This document shows positions 49,166 through 58,697 of a stretch of DNA of 64,000 nucleotides, piece after piece (the first letter of the stretch is position 1; the number at the start of each line of letters is the position of its first letter). The stretch is taken from positions 64,001 to 128,000 of the forward strand of contig CAYLXA010000003.1 in the NCBI GenBank assembly GCA_964387845.1, read 5' to 3'. The stretch is from an uncultured bacterium (GTDB lineage Bacteria > Omnitrophota > Omnitrophia > Omnitrophales > Abzuiibacteriaceae). The notes under the pieces are model-generated. The model was not told the DNA's origin. It made no database searches and saw only the letters and a program-made list of their open reading frames with translations. The position numbers and the translations under genes are program-made.

Positions 49166-49447
49166 ATGGCTGTCAAAGTAAGAATCCCGACACCTTTGCA
49201 AAAACTCACCAAAGATCAAGAAGAAGTAGAGTTAAAAGCAGCTTCTATTAAAGAAATGATTAACAGCCTTGAAAAACAATTCCCCGGAATCAAAGACCGG
49301 CTTTGTGATGAATCCGGCAACATCCGCCGCTTCGTCAACATTTTCCTCAACGAAGAAGACATTCGCTTCTTGAATAAAGAAGAAACTGTTTTGAAAGACG
49401 GCGATGAAGTTTCGATTGTCCCCGCAATTGCCGGAGGCGCAAGGTAA
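49166..49447 (+). CDS. MoaD/ThiS-family sulfur-carrier protein with GG-AR C-terminus
   Basis: 93 aa beta-grasp-like; ends ...SIVPAIAGGAR, i.e. Gly-Gly plus two extra residues. Confidence 0.6.
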   Translation: MAVKVRIPTPLQKLTKDQEEVELKAASIKEMINSLEKQFPGIKDRLCDESGNIRRFVNIFLNEEDIRFLNKEETVLKDGDEVSIVPAIAGGAR

Positions 49448-50430
49448 TGACGGTCACCACAAGCTTGATCGGTGACTTACGGGACCGCGTGCTGTTGGGC
49501 GGTGAAATTACGCGCGAAGAAGCGTGTTCATTAATTGAAATTCAGGATGAACAGCTTTTAAACGAACTCGTCAACGCCGCTCACGAAATTACGGTTTTCT
49601 TCAATTCCGAGCAGGCTCACCTTTGCTCGCTCATCAACGCAAAAAGCTATCTTTGCAGTGAAGACTGCGGATTTTGTTCCCAATCGACTCATTTTAAAAC
49701 CGAAGCCTCGCGCTACGAATTGCTCTCGGCAGATGAGATCGTCAAATCCGCGAAAAATGTAGAAGCACAAGGGATCGAAAATTTCTGTATCGTGACAAGC
49801 GGCGGTTCTTTAAATGAAAAGGAGTTTGAGCATATCATCGAAGCGGTTAAACGCTTGAAAGCCGAAACCAAACTCAACATTGACGGCTCGCTTGGTTTTC
49901 TGACGCCTGAACGCGTCGAAAAATTGAAAGAAGCCGGTATGCGGCGCTTCAACGATAATTTACAGTCCTCACGCGAATTTTATAACAAGATCGTTTCCAC
50001 ACATTCCTATGATAAACGTCTTGAGACCTTGGATTTCCTGCGCCAGGGTGATATGGATTTGTGTTCGGGCGGTATTTTCGGCATGGGCGAAACACGCGAA
50101 GACCGCGTGAATATGGCATTTGAACTAAAACGTTTTACGCCCGAATGCGTTCCGGTTAATATTTTAAATCCCCGGCCCGGGACACCGCTTGAGAATGCGC
50201 CCAAAATTGACCCGATGGAAGTTGTCAAAGCCATCGCGGTTTACCGCTTCATCCTTCCTAAATCCAATATTAAACTCGCCGGCGGCCGCGAAATTAATTT
50301 GGGTGAATTTCAAAAACTTGCTTTAAAAGCCGGTGCCAATGGCCTTGTCTCGGGCGGTTACCTCACAACAGGCGGAAACTCCTTCGACACCGACAAGGCC
50401 ATGCTCAAAGAAGCCGGTTACGACGTTTAG
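49447..50430 (+). CDS. bioB: biotin synthase
   Basis: CSEDCGFCSQS radical-SAM triad; YNHNL-like, CSGGI.G.GET and NILNPRPGTPLE blocks collinear with E. coli BioB; TAATG start/stop overlap with the carrier gene. Confidence 0.85.
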   Translation: MTVTTSLIGDLRDRVLLGGEITREEACSLIEIQDEQLLNELVNAAHEITVFFNSEQAHLCSLINAKSYLCSEDCGFCSQSTHFKTEASRYELLSADEIVKSAKNVEAQGIENFCIVTSGGSLNEKEFEHIIEAVKRLKAETKLNIDGSLGFLTPERVEKLKEAGMRRFNDNLQSSREFYNKIVSTHSYDKRLETLDFLRQGDMDLCSGGIFGMGETREDRVNMAFELKRFTPECVPVNILNPRPGTPLENAPKIDPMEVVKAIAVYRFILPKSNIKLAGGREINLGEFQKLALKAGANGLVSGGYLTTGGNSFDTDKAMLKEAGYDV

Positions 50431-50441
50431 CTTTCCTTTCG

Positions 50442-51170
50442 ATGGAAGTTTCTCTCGCTGGAAAAACCATTTTAATCACCGGCGGAACAAGCGCGCTGGG
50501 ATCCGAATTCGTTAAACGAGCGCTCAAAGAAAATGCCAAAATTTTCTTCACCTACTACACGAATGAAACCAAAGCCCGCGAACTTTCGGATTTGGGCGCA
50601 ATTGGTTTTAAAATCGACCTGTCAAAAATTGCTGAAATCAAATCTCTGGCTGCACAACTAAAAGCCCATACAAACGCGCTTGATGGCTTAATCAACAATG
50701 CTGCGTCCGTTAAAGACAGGACGGTTCAAAATATGTCGGATGAAGAATGGGATGAAGTGTTAAACACCGATCTAAAAGCAGCTGCTTTTATGGTCAAAGA
50801 AATGCTCCGATTTTTATTTAAAAAGAAACCGAGCAAAATTTTAAATGTGATCAGCCGCGTCGGTGTTCAAGGCGCTTTCGGCCAGGCCAATTACGCGGCG
50901 GCAAAAGGCGGACTGATTTTGCTCACGAAAAGCCTGGCCAAAGAACTCGGGAAAAAGAAAATTCTGATCAATGCTCTCAATCCCGGATTCATGAAATCCA
51001 AAATGACAGACGTGCTGCCTGCTGAGGTTATTGAGCGCAACCGACATGAAAGCGTCTTGGATGAAATCTCGAATCCTGAAGAAGCCGCGGATTTTATGAT
51101 TTATTTAATGTCGGACAAAATGACGCTTGTGAGCGGCCAAATTTTTAACATCGAGTCGAGATTGCGATGA
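50442..51170 (+). CDS. SDR-family 3-oxoacyl-ACP reductase-like
   Basis: ITGGTSALG Rossmann motif, NYAAAKGG (YxxxK). Confidence 0.75.
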   Translation: MEVSLAGKTILITGGTSALGSEFVKRALKENAKIFFTYYTNETKARELSDLGAIGFKIDLSKIAEIKSLAAQLKAHTNALDGLINNAASVKDRTVQNMSDEEWDEVLNTDLKAAAFMVKEMLRFLFKKKPSKILNVISRVGVQGAFGQANYAAAKGGLILLTKSLAKELGKKKILINALNPGFMKSKMTDVLPAEVIERNRHESVLDEISNPEEAADFMIYLMSDKMTLVSGQIFNIESRLR

Positions 51171-52363
51171 ATCGTGTTGTGGTTACCGGCATCGGCTGCG
51201 TAGCGCCCATCGGAAATAATCAAAAAGAGTTCGCCAAAAACCTGAGCGAAGGAAAATCGGGAGCTGGGCCAATTTCAAAATTTGACACGTCAAACTTCCC
51301 CGTTAAAAAAGCGTTTGAAGTCCGTTCGTTCTCACCTGTGCCCGCTTCTAAAGCGCTCGATCCTTTCATTCAATACGGCCTCACAGCCGCTGAAGAAGCG
51401 ATTCGGGACAGCAAGCTCGATATTCCATCGATGGACCCTTATCGAGTTGGAATCGCGGTTAGTTCCAGCAAAGGCGGCATGACAACGCTCGAAAAATTCC
51501 GTGATCGATTCTTGAAACGGCCAAGCGCGCTTCTCGGAGCCCGGATTTACGCCAATACCGTTCCGAATATTTTGTCGCAGTGGATCGCGAGGCGTTGGGA
51601 ACTCAAAGGCCCCGCAAAACCTGCCGTGGCAGCCTGCGCAACCGGAACTTACGCAATTATTGAGGGCATCCGGATGATCGAGGATGATGAAACGGATGTC
51701 TGCATCGCCGGCGCAAGCGATGCGTCGATCACCAAACTAATGCTTGCCGGATATCACCAAATGGGCGTTCTTTCACCGAACGGTGTTTCTCCGTTTGATA
51801 AAACGCGCGGCGGATTTTTGGTCGGTGAAGGCGCGGGTGTTGTTATTTTAGAAAAGGAAAACCACGCGAAAGCCAGACATGCACAAATTTACGGGCGGAT
51901 TTTGAGCCATACATACGGAAATGAATGCCGGCACTTAATTTCGTTTCCGGTTGAAAGCGACGGCCTTTCATCGACGCTTATGCGGTCTATCAAAAGTGCT
52001 AATATTACGCCTTGTGACATTGATTCGCTTCAACTCCACGGAACCGCAACAGTTTCCGGTGATTTATATGAAACCGCCCAAATTAAAAAAGCATTTGGCA
52101 AGGATGCTTACAAGATTTCGATGAGCGCCATCAAATCCATGATCGGACACACGGCCGGTGCGGCAGGCGCTTTTTCATTTATCGCAAACTTGCTTTCGCT
52201 GCGCGACCAAATCATTCACCCGACGATTAATTTGAATTCGCCGGATGCCGAATGCGATTTAGACTATACGCCTTGTTATTCTAAAAAGAAAAAAATTAAA
52301 GTCGCCGGTTCGATCAGCATGGGTTTCGGCGGCCACATTGGGGCTATTTTGGTGGGAAAATGA
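51167..52363 (+). CDS. beta-ketoacyl-ACP synthase I/II-like
   Basis: Active-site Cys (AACATG), HGTAT and IGHTAGAAGA His motifs. Confidence 0.8.
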   Translation: MNRVVVTGIGCVAPIGNNQKEFAKNLSEGKSGAGPISKFDTSNFPVKKAFEVRSFSPVPASKALDPFIQYGLTAAEEAIRDSKLDIPSMDPYRVGIAVSSSKGGMTTLEKFRDRFLKRPSALLGARIYANTVPNILSQWIARRWELKGPAKPAVAACATGTYAIIEGIRMIEDDETDVCIAGASDASITKLMLAGYHQMGVLSPNGVSPFDKTRGGFLVGEGAGVVILEKENHAKARHAQIYGRILSHTYGNECRHLISFPVESDGLSSTLMRSIKSANITPCDIDSLQLHGTATVSGDLYETAQIKKAFGKDAYKISMSAIKSMIGHTAGAAGAFSFIANLLSLRDQIIHPTINLNSPDAECDLDYTPCYSKKKKIKVAGSISMGFGGHIGAILVGK

Positions 52364-53508
52364 AAACCGATCAGGAATTTTCCAGTATTTCAGAAGAACT
52401 TCAATTCTTAAAAGATAGTCATCTGTTCCGAAAATTAAGAACCCTGGAAAGCATTGACTCGACTCATGTGTTATTAAATGGGAAAAAGGTTTCTTTGTTT
52501 TGTCATAACGACTACCTGGGCCTAAGCAAACACCCTGATGTTGCAGAAGCCTTCTCACAAGGTGTCCGTGATTTTGGCGCCGGCTCGGGCGCTGCGCGGC
52601 TCATCACCGGCAATACAACCGTATTTGAAAAATTAGAAGAGCGTCTCGCCCAGTTTAAGAAAAAAGAACGCGCACTTCTGTTTTCGACCGGTTATTTGGC
52701 TAATCTCGGCATCATCTCGGCCTTTTGCGAGAAAGAGGATGTTGTGATTGTCGATAAGCTTAATCACGCTTCAATCATTGATGCCTGCAAGCTTTCGGGC
52801 GCAACCATTCGTGTTTATCCGCACAAAGATTTGGATTATTTGGAGAAAATTCTCAAGCAATCTGATCGATTCCGAAGAAAATTAATCGTTACGGATTCTG
52901 TTTTCAGCATGGACGGCGACTTGGCCCCGCTGCCTGAAATTGTAAAGCTTAAGAACCGCTACGGCGCTTATTTAATGATTGATGAAGCGCATGGAACCGG
53001 CGTTTTTGGAAAGTCAGGACGCGGAGCAGCGGAATATTTGAACGTAGAGGATGAAATCGACATTTCGATGGGAACTTTGTCAAAAGCGTTTGGGACGCAC
53101 GGCGGATTTGTGGCGGGGAGTTCTGAGCTCATCGAATTTTTAATCAACCGGAGCCGTAGTTTTATATTCTCAACCGCCCTTCCGCCCGCGGTTTGCGCGG
53201 CAAGCTTGAAATCGTTGGAATTAATCGAACAAAAGCCGGAGCTAAGAGATCGTTTGTGGAAAAATATTAAAAGCACGGTAGACAACCTAAAACTTTCCGG
53301 CACTTCACCGATTATCCCTGTCATGATTGGCGATGAGCAAAAAGCGATGAATTTATCCGAAAAACTACTCGAAAACAGCATTTTGATCCCGGCAGTTCGG
53401 TATCCGACAGTCCCTAAAAAATCCGCGCGTCTTCGCTTAACTGTTTCGGCTGCTCACAGCCAAAGCGACCTGGAAACCCTGATTTCTACACTTAAAAAAC
53501 ACCTTTAA
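52360..53508 (+). CDS. bioF: 8-amino-7-oxononanoate synthase (alpha-oxoamine synthase family)
   Basis: Class II aminotransferase; GTLSKAFG PLP lysine; in the bioB cluster. Confidence 0.7.
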   Translation: MKTDQEFSSISEELQFLKDSHLFRKLRTLESIDSTHVLLNGKKVSLFCHNDYLGLSKHPDVAEAFSQGVRDFGAGSGAARLITGNTTVFEKLEERLAQFKKKERALLFSTGYLANLGIISAFCEKEDVVIVDKLNHASIIDACKLSGATIRVYPHKDLDYLEKILKQSDRFRRKLIVTDSVFSMDGDLAPLPEIVKLKNRYGAYLMIDEAHGTGVFGKSGRGAAEYLNVEDEIDISMGTLSKAFGTHGGFVAGSSELIEFLINRSRSFIFSTALPPAVCAASLKSLELIEQKPELRDRLWKNIKSTVDNLKLSGTSPIIPVMIGDEQKAMNLSEKLLENSILIPAVRYPTVPKKSARLRLTVSAAHSQSDLETLISTLKKHL

Positions 53509-53520
53509 CCCCTAATTTTC

Positions 53521-53549
53521 TCGACATTCGTTTTTTGCATCGATATAAT
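53521..53549 (+). promoter_or_regulatory. sigma70-like promoter
   Basis: TCGACA - 17 nt - TATAAT upstream of the small secreted protein gene. Confidence 0.4.
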
Positions 53550-53606
53550 GACGTCCTTGCTTCACATAACTCTCAAGAGATTCCACGCAGAAGACGAAAC
53601 TTACTC

Positions 53607-53975
53607 ATGATGACAAAACGATTTTGGATTAGCTTAACTGCATCTATTTTCTTATTCGCAAGCATCCCTGCTTCGGCAAATCCTGTCCTGCAAACCTTAA
53701 GCGGACTTGTGCTTTCGGTCAATTTAAATACCAGCCAGCTTCATGTCAAATTCGAACATCCTGTGACCGGTGAAAGCGAATTGAAAATTTTTGATGTCGA
53801 CAATAGGACCGGATTTAAACATGTGAAGGGTCTTAATCAAATCAAGCCGCAAGATCCGGTGAGTATTGATTACGAAGAAAAAACGCCGGATCAATTAAAA
53901 GCCGTTTACATCGAAGTTGTCCGTCTCAATGATGTTCCTTTTACCAAGGAACAAATTCAAAAAGCAATTCTTTAA
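53607..53975 (+). CDS. small secreted protein
   Basis: Signal peptide MMTKRFWISLTASIFLFASIPASA; start moved to the internal Met. Confidence 0.4.
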   Translation: MMTKRFWISLTASIFLFASIPASANPVLQTLSGLVLSVNLNTSQLHVKFEHPVTGESELKIFDVDNRTGFKHVKGLNQIKPQDPVSIDYEEKTPDQLKAVYIEVVRLNDVPFTKEQIQKAIL

Positions 53976-53999
53976 TCTTCCGCTGTACTTGAAATATCC

Positions 54000-54863
54000 A
54001 TGAAGTGTTTTCTGGTTTTTTTTCTAGCTTTCCTTCTTCTGAATACACCGCTCGGATTTTCCGAATCAAATCCCGATACCGAAGCCGATGCTTTGATTCA
54101 AGAGGCAAACCGCTTGATGGCTGAGCGGCAATGGGACACTTCGGCTGAAAAATATGAAGAAGCGCTTAAACTGAACCCTGATTTGACCGAAGCGTTGTTT
54201 GGTTTGGGGTTAATTGCCGAAACAGAAAATGATTTCAACGCAGCGCATGATTATTTTCGCTCTGTCATTCAGCGGAATCCAAGGCATGTAGATTCGCTTT
54301 TTCATTTGGGCGCTATCGCTTATTCACGCGAGCAGCCCTCCGAAGCGCGCGATTATTTCCGGCTCGCAGCCGAATCCAGCCCGAATATGATTCCCGCCCA
54401 TTACAATTTGGGCCTTTGTTATACTGAACTTTATGAACTTGAAAAAGCCCGCGAATCTTTTAAGCAGGCTATTATTTTGGACGCTAAAAATCCGTGGCCT
54501 TTTTACCAAATCGGAAGGACTTACGAAATGCAGGGTTTTGCGCGGGAAGCCAGAATGGGATATGAGGAAGCGTTGAAATTAAACCCAAATTTTCCCGAAG
54601 CACGGGAAGGTTTTGAACGGCTCTCCGGCATCAATCCGGCAAGAGGAGAAGATTCAATCGGTGAAATGCGGCAGAAAGCCAATCGGCAGGTTTCATTGAT
54701 CGGCGGGTCTTTCGGAAGCGGGGGTTTTAAACCGGTGACGCCCCTTGATTCATTCCGCGATTTGGCTTACCCGGCTCAATCTACCAACAACAAGGCAATG
54801 CTCATGCAGCTTGGCGCTCAACTTGTCCAAGGATTTGTAAACTCCCGGCGCCAGCAAAGTTAA
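54000..54863 (+). CDS. secreted TPR-repeat protein
   Basis: Signal peptide plus 5-6 TPR units (W-LG-Y-A-F-A-P spacing). Confidence 0.7.
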   Translation: MKCFLVFFLAFLLLNTPLGFSESNPDTEADALIQEANRLMAERQWDTSAEKYEEALKLNPDLTEALFGLGLIAETENDFNAAHDYFRSVIQRNPRHVDSLFHLGAIAYSREQPSEARDYFRLAAESSPNMIPAHYNLGLCYTELYELEKARESFKQAIILDAKNPWPFYQIGRTYEMQGFAREARMGYEEALKLNPNFPEAREGFERLSGINPARGEDSIGEMRQKANRQVSLIGGSFGSGGFKPVTPLDSFRDLAYPAQSTNNKAMLMQLGAQLVQGFVNSRRQQS

Positions 54864-54865
54864 AT

Positions 54866-54960
54866 TTCAAATATCAAAATCTAAATATCAAAACAAATTC
54901 AAAAGTTCAATATTAAATACTTTTGAATTTTGATATTTGAGTTTTGAATTTAAACTTACA
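54866..54960. repeat. AT-rich palindromic repeat family 3 copy (bidirectional terminator-like)
   Basis: tcaaatatcaaaatctaaatatcaaaa...ttttgaattttgatatttgagttttga between convergent TPR and fabI genes. Confidence 0.55.
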
Positions 54961-55771
54961 TGCCCATTATTCTATAACCGGCATCCACATAAATAATTTC
55001 GCCGGTAATACCGCTTGAAAGCGGGCTTAGAAGAAAAAGCGCCGTGTTCCCCACTTCTTCGACCTCGATATTCCGGCCAAGCGCAGCTTTTTGGCGGTGA
55101 ATTTCGAGCATTTTCGTAAATCCCGAAATACCGCGCGCCGCCAGCGTATTGACAGGCCCTGCGGAAACTGCATTCACACGGATATTTTTTTTACCAAGCT
55201 CGGAAGCTAAATAACGAACGCCGGATTCGAGGCTTGCTTTTGCCATTCCCATCACGTTGTAATGCGGAACGGCTTTTTCAGAGCCCAAATACGTGAGTGC
55301 TAAAATACTGCCGCCTTCCTTCTCCATCAAAGGCTCAGCTGCCTTTGCAAGCGCCAAAAGCGAATAGGCGCTTACATCTTGCGCAAGATGAAACCCTTCG
55401 CGGGAAGTGTCAATGGTGCGGCCTTCCAAGTCTTCTTTTTTGGCAAACGCGATGCAATGTACCAAAAAATGCAGCGCGCCGAATTCTTCTCCGATGCGGC
55501 CGAAAACATTCTTAATTTCGTCATCTTTTGTCGCATCACAAGGAAGAACCAGCGATTTTTGAGACAAAGTCGCGGTCAACTCTTCGACGCCTTCTTTCAA
55601 GCGCTCGCCCTGGTACGTAAATGCCAATTGTGCGCCGTGATTGGCAAGCGCTTGCGAAATCGCCCACGCGATGCTGCGTTTATTGGCAACGCCGACAACC
55701 AATCCCTTTTTCCCGGCCAAAAGATTGGAGGTGAACGCCGGTTTTTTGTTTTCGGTTTGTGGTAATGACAT
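54956..55771 (-). CDS. fabI: enoyl-ACP reductase (NADH)
   Basis: LAGKKGLVVGVANKRSIAWAI N-terminus and Y-x6-K catalytic spacing of FabI. Confidence 0.8.
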   Translation of the reverse strand: MSLPQTENKKPAFTSNLLAGKKGLVVGVANKRSIAWAISQALANHGAQLAFTYQGERLKEGVEELTATLSQKSLVLPCDATKDDEIKNVFGRIGEEFGALHFLVHCIAFAKKEDLEGRTIDTSREGFHLAQDVSAYSLLALAKAAEPLMEKEGGSILALTYLGSEKAVPHYNVMGMAKASLESGVRYLASELGKKNIRVNAVSAGPVNTLAARGISGFTKMLEIHRQKAALGRNIEVEEVGNTALFLLSPLSSGITGEIIYVDAGYRIMGM

Positions 55772-55870
55772 AAATTAATTCCTCCTATTTTATAGATCCT
55801 TTCCGCCACAAAACTTTGGCGGACCTGCCGCGATTTATGGCGGGCGCTACGCTCTCAGAATGACAGTAAA

Positions 55871-57049
55871 TTACGACGTCACTTTCGACCGCATAGCTTC
55901 GATTAAAATTTCAGCAACTTCGGGCCGCGTGATTTCAATCGGCGGAATTTCACCGTTCCGAAGCATTTCGCGAAGCTTTGTGCCCGAAACGTTAAAAGCA
56001 TCTGCATTCGGCGGCGCGGTTTTAAAACTTACCATTCCGCCTGTCTTTTTATCAAAAAATGTGTGTTCAAATTTGAAAAGCTCGATTCCGATATCCTTCG
56101 GATCAAACTTATCGAAAATAAGCTGCGCATCATAGGAACCATAATAAGACTTTCCGTCCGGTTTGCTTGCGCCTGCGTGGTCACGGCCGACGATAAAATG
56201 CGTGCAGCCGTAGTTTTTACGCACAATCGCGTGCCACACGGCTTCGCGCGGCCCCGCGTAACGCATCGCGGCAGGAAATACGGCTAGTATTGAGCGGTCT
56301 TTCGGATAATATTTGTCGAGAAGCACTTGATAACATTTCATACGCACATCGGCCGGAACATCGTCGCCTTTTGTCTGCCCGACCAGCGGATGAATTAAGA
56401 GGCCGTCTACACATTCAAGCGCCACTTTTGTTAAATATTCATGCGCGCGATGAATCGGATTACGCGTTTGGAAAGCAACAATAGTGCGCCAATTGCGTTT
56501 CTTGAATTCTTCACGGGTTTCGGCGGGGCTTAAACGATATTCCGTAAAATCTTTGTGTTTCGGCTGATTAAATAACGAAACCTTGCCCCCGACAAGCCAG
56601 TTGCCCATGAGCCCGATTTGGACATTGCCGGGATGTGCAGCATCATCCGTTCCGTAGAGCAGCATTGAATGTTTCTGCTTGTCGTGTTTATAAATACCTT
56701 CGATTTCTAAAATCGCAAGCGGGTGGCCTGAAGCATCTTTCAGCGCAACTTCCTTTTGGTTTGCCACTTTTGATTTTTCATCATCCGTCAGAGACTTGAC
56801 GACCGGAATTGTCCAAGGAAGACCGCTTGTTAAAACTAAATTATCCAGACAGGAATTAAAATCATCTTCACTCATGAAGCCATCCAACGGACTCATGGCG
56901 CCGGATGCGATCATTTCAAGATCACAGAGTTCGCGCTCAGATAGCGCAAGCGCAACTAGCTTGCTTGCTTTGCTTTCCGCTTCGTCGCGTTTCTTGCCTT
57001 TTAATTCACGGTTAATTAAGGTTCCGCCGTGTGCTGCAATGCTACTCAT
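55871..57049 (-). CDS. sat: sulfate adenylyltransferase (homo-oligomeric Sat type)
   Basis: QTRNPIHRAHE and HFIVGRDHAG motifs. Confidence 0.85.
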   Translation of the reverse strand: MSSIAAHGGTLINRELKGKKRDEAESKASKLVALALSERELCDLEMIASGAMSPLDGFMSEDDFNSCLDNLVLTSGLPWTIPVVKSLTDDEKSKVANQKEVALKDASGHPLAILEIEGIYKHDKQKHSMLLYGTDDAAHPGNVQIGLMGNWLVGGKVSLFNQPKHKDFTEYRLSPAETREEFKKRNWRTIVAFQTRNPIHRAHEYLTKVALECVDGLLIHPLVGQTKGDDVPADVRMKCYQVLLDKYYPKDRSILAVFPAAMRYAGPREAVWHAIVRKNYGCTHFIVGRDHAGASKPDGKSYYGSYDAQLIFDKFDPKDIGIELFKFEHTFFDKKTGGMVSFKTAPPNADAFNVSGTKLREMLRNGEIPPIEITRPEVAEILIEAMRSKVTS

Positions 57050-57819
57050 ATATCACTTCCCCCGTCTGTTGATTTGTCTGCTTTTTCTGTTTTTGCCGAA
57101 GGTTTCGGTTTCATGAATGTATGAAGGCCGCATTCGGTTTTATCTTTGCCTGCCCAGCGGCCCGAACGTTCGTCATCGCCCGGCTGAACTGGTTTCGTGC
57201 ACGGCCAGCAGCCGATGCTTAAATATCCTTTTTCAAAAAGCGCGTGAATCGGCAGTTTGTGCTCTTTGATGTACCACCAAATGTCGCCTGAGGTGACATT
57301 GGCAAATGGGTTGATTTTATAAAGACCGCCTTCATATTCTTCAACAATCTGGATTTCTTTGCGTGTCTTGGATTGTGAGCGGCGGATCCCGGAAATCCAG
57401 GCATCGAGGCCCTTCAAAGCTTCCTGCATAGGCTCTACTTTGTTAATTTGGCAGCAAAGATCCGGATTTTTTTCGTAGGGTTTCCCGTCATAATCCTTCA
57501 CCAATTGTTCCCGGCGCTTGGGGTCCGCTCTTAAGTCAACCACGTTGGTCAATTTGAGCCTGTCTGTAACCAATTTTTTGAAATCAAGCGTTTCCTGAAA
57601 ATGAAAACCGGTCTCAAGAAAGAAGATTTTAATCACGGGATCAATTTTGGAAACCATGTCGAGAAGGACGATGCTTTCGGTCTGAAATGAGGAGCTCACG
57701 GCAATCTTTGGGCGAAATTCTTCAATCGCCCAGCGCAGAATCACCTGCGGCTGTTCTTTTTCAAACTTTTCGTTTAATGCCGCTAAATCCAGCTTTTTAC
57801 TCACCAGCATGCCTTTCAA
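57046..57819 (-). CDS. cysH: adenylylsulfate/phosphoadenylylsulfate reductase
   Basis: PAPS-reductase fold, ECGLH C-terminal motif, plus a CC...CxxC cluster (SIGCWPCT) typical of APS reductases. Confidence 0.8.
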   Translation of the reverse strand: MKGMLVSKKLDLAALNEKFEKEQPQVILRWAIEEFRPKIAVSSSFQTESIVLLDMVSKIDPVIKIFFLETGFHFQETLDFKKLVTDRLKLTNVVDLRADPKRREQLVKDYDGKPYEKNPDLCCQINKVEPMQEALKGLDAWISGIRRSQSKTRKEIQIVEEYEGGLYKINPFANVTSGDIWWYIKEHKLPIHALFEKGYLSIGCWPCTKPVQPGDDERSGRWAGKDKTECGLHTFMKPKPSAKTEKADKSTDGGSDI

Positions 57820-58697
57820 GATTCCTTCGTGTTTAACCGCAAACGCAAACGATCGATCGTGTCATAATACAAACAAGCGCCTTCGCCCATCCAGCCCAAA
57901 TCAACATTGGGCCGGTTATCGCCGTGAAAATCGCTGCCGCCGGTTGTAATGAGACTGAATCGATCCGCTACTTTCTTATAATAAGAAGCTTCTTCCCTGG
58001 ACTGGCAGCTCGAAAATACTTCCATGCCGTCTAGGCCTTGATCGACAAGCTTTGAAATTTCCGTTTCAAATTCCTTTTCGCCTTTTAATTTCAGCTGCTT
58101 CGGATGCGCCAAAGAAGCCACACCGCCTGCCGCATGAATCATCCGGATCGCGGTTTCGCTTGTGATGTTGCGCTTATCCACATAAGCCGGGGCGCCTTTT
58201 GCCAAAAAGCGGTTGAACGCATCCTGCGAATCTTGCGCGTAGCCTTTTTTGACCAGCACGCGCGCAAAATGCGGCCGGCCGATTTGATCACCGCCCGACT
58301 CTGCGGCAACTTCATCCAGCGTGATTTTAACGCCAAGCTTGCCCAATTTTTCAATGATCTGCGGATTGCGCTTTGAGCGCGCATCCTGAACTAATTTCAA
58401 ACCACTCAACAACTCTTGATTCGCCGTGTTGATGAAATAGCCGAGAATATGCATCGTACCCGGCGGAAAAATGACGCTGATCTCAACGCCGGCAATTACT
58501 TCAACGCCCAGCTTTGCGCCGGCGTCTTTCGCTTCGCGCACGCCGCTCACCGTATCATGATCGGTAAGCGCGATGCAATCTACCCGGCGCGACTTTGCAC
58601 GCGCAACCAGCTGTTCGGGCGTTAAGGTGCCGTCTGAATGCGTGGTATGCATATGCAAATCCACGCGCTTCAGAAATTTTTCTTCGGAAGAAATCAC
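57816..58697 (-). CDS. PHP-family phosphoesterase, probable 3',5'-bisphosphate nucleotidase (pAp phosphatase)
   Basis: [12 protein letters not shown]...ALTDHDT PHP motifs; embedded in the sulfate-activation operon with 4-nt overlaps. Confidence 0.55.
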   Translation of the reverse strand: MISSEEKFLKRVDLHMHTTHSDGTLTPEQLVARAKSRRVDCIALTDHDTVSGVREAKDAGAKLGVEVIAGVEISVIFPPGTMHILGYFINTANQELLSGLKLVQDARSKRNPQIIEKLGKLGVKITLDEVAAESGGDQIGRPHFARVLVKKGYAQDSQDAFNRFLAKGAPAYVDKRNITSETAIRMIHAAGGVASLAHPKQLKLKGEKEFETEISKLVDQGLDGMEVFSSCQSREEASYYKKVADRFSLITTGGSDFHGDNRPNVDLGWMGEGACLYYDTIDRLRLRLNTKES

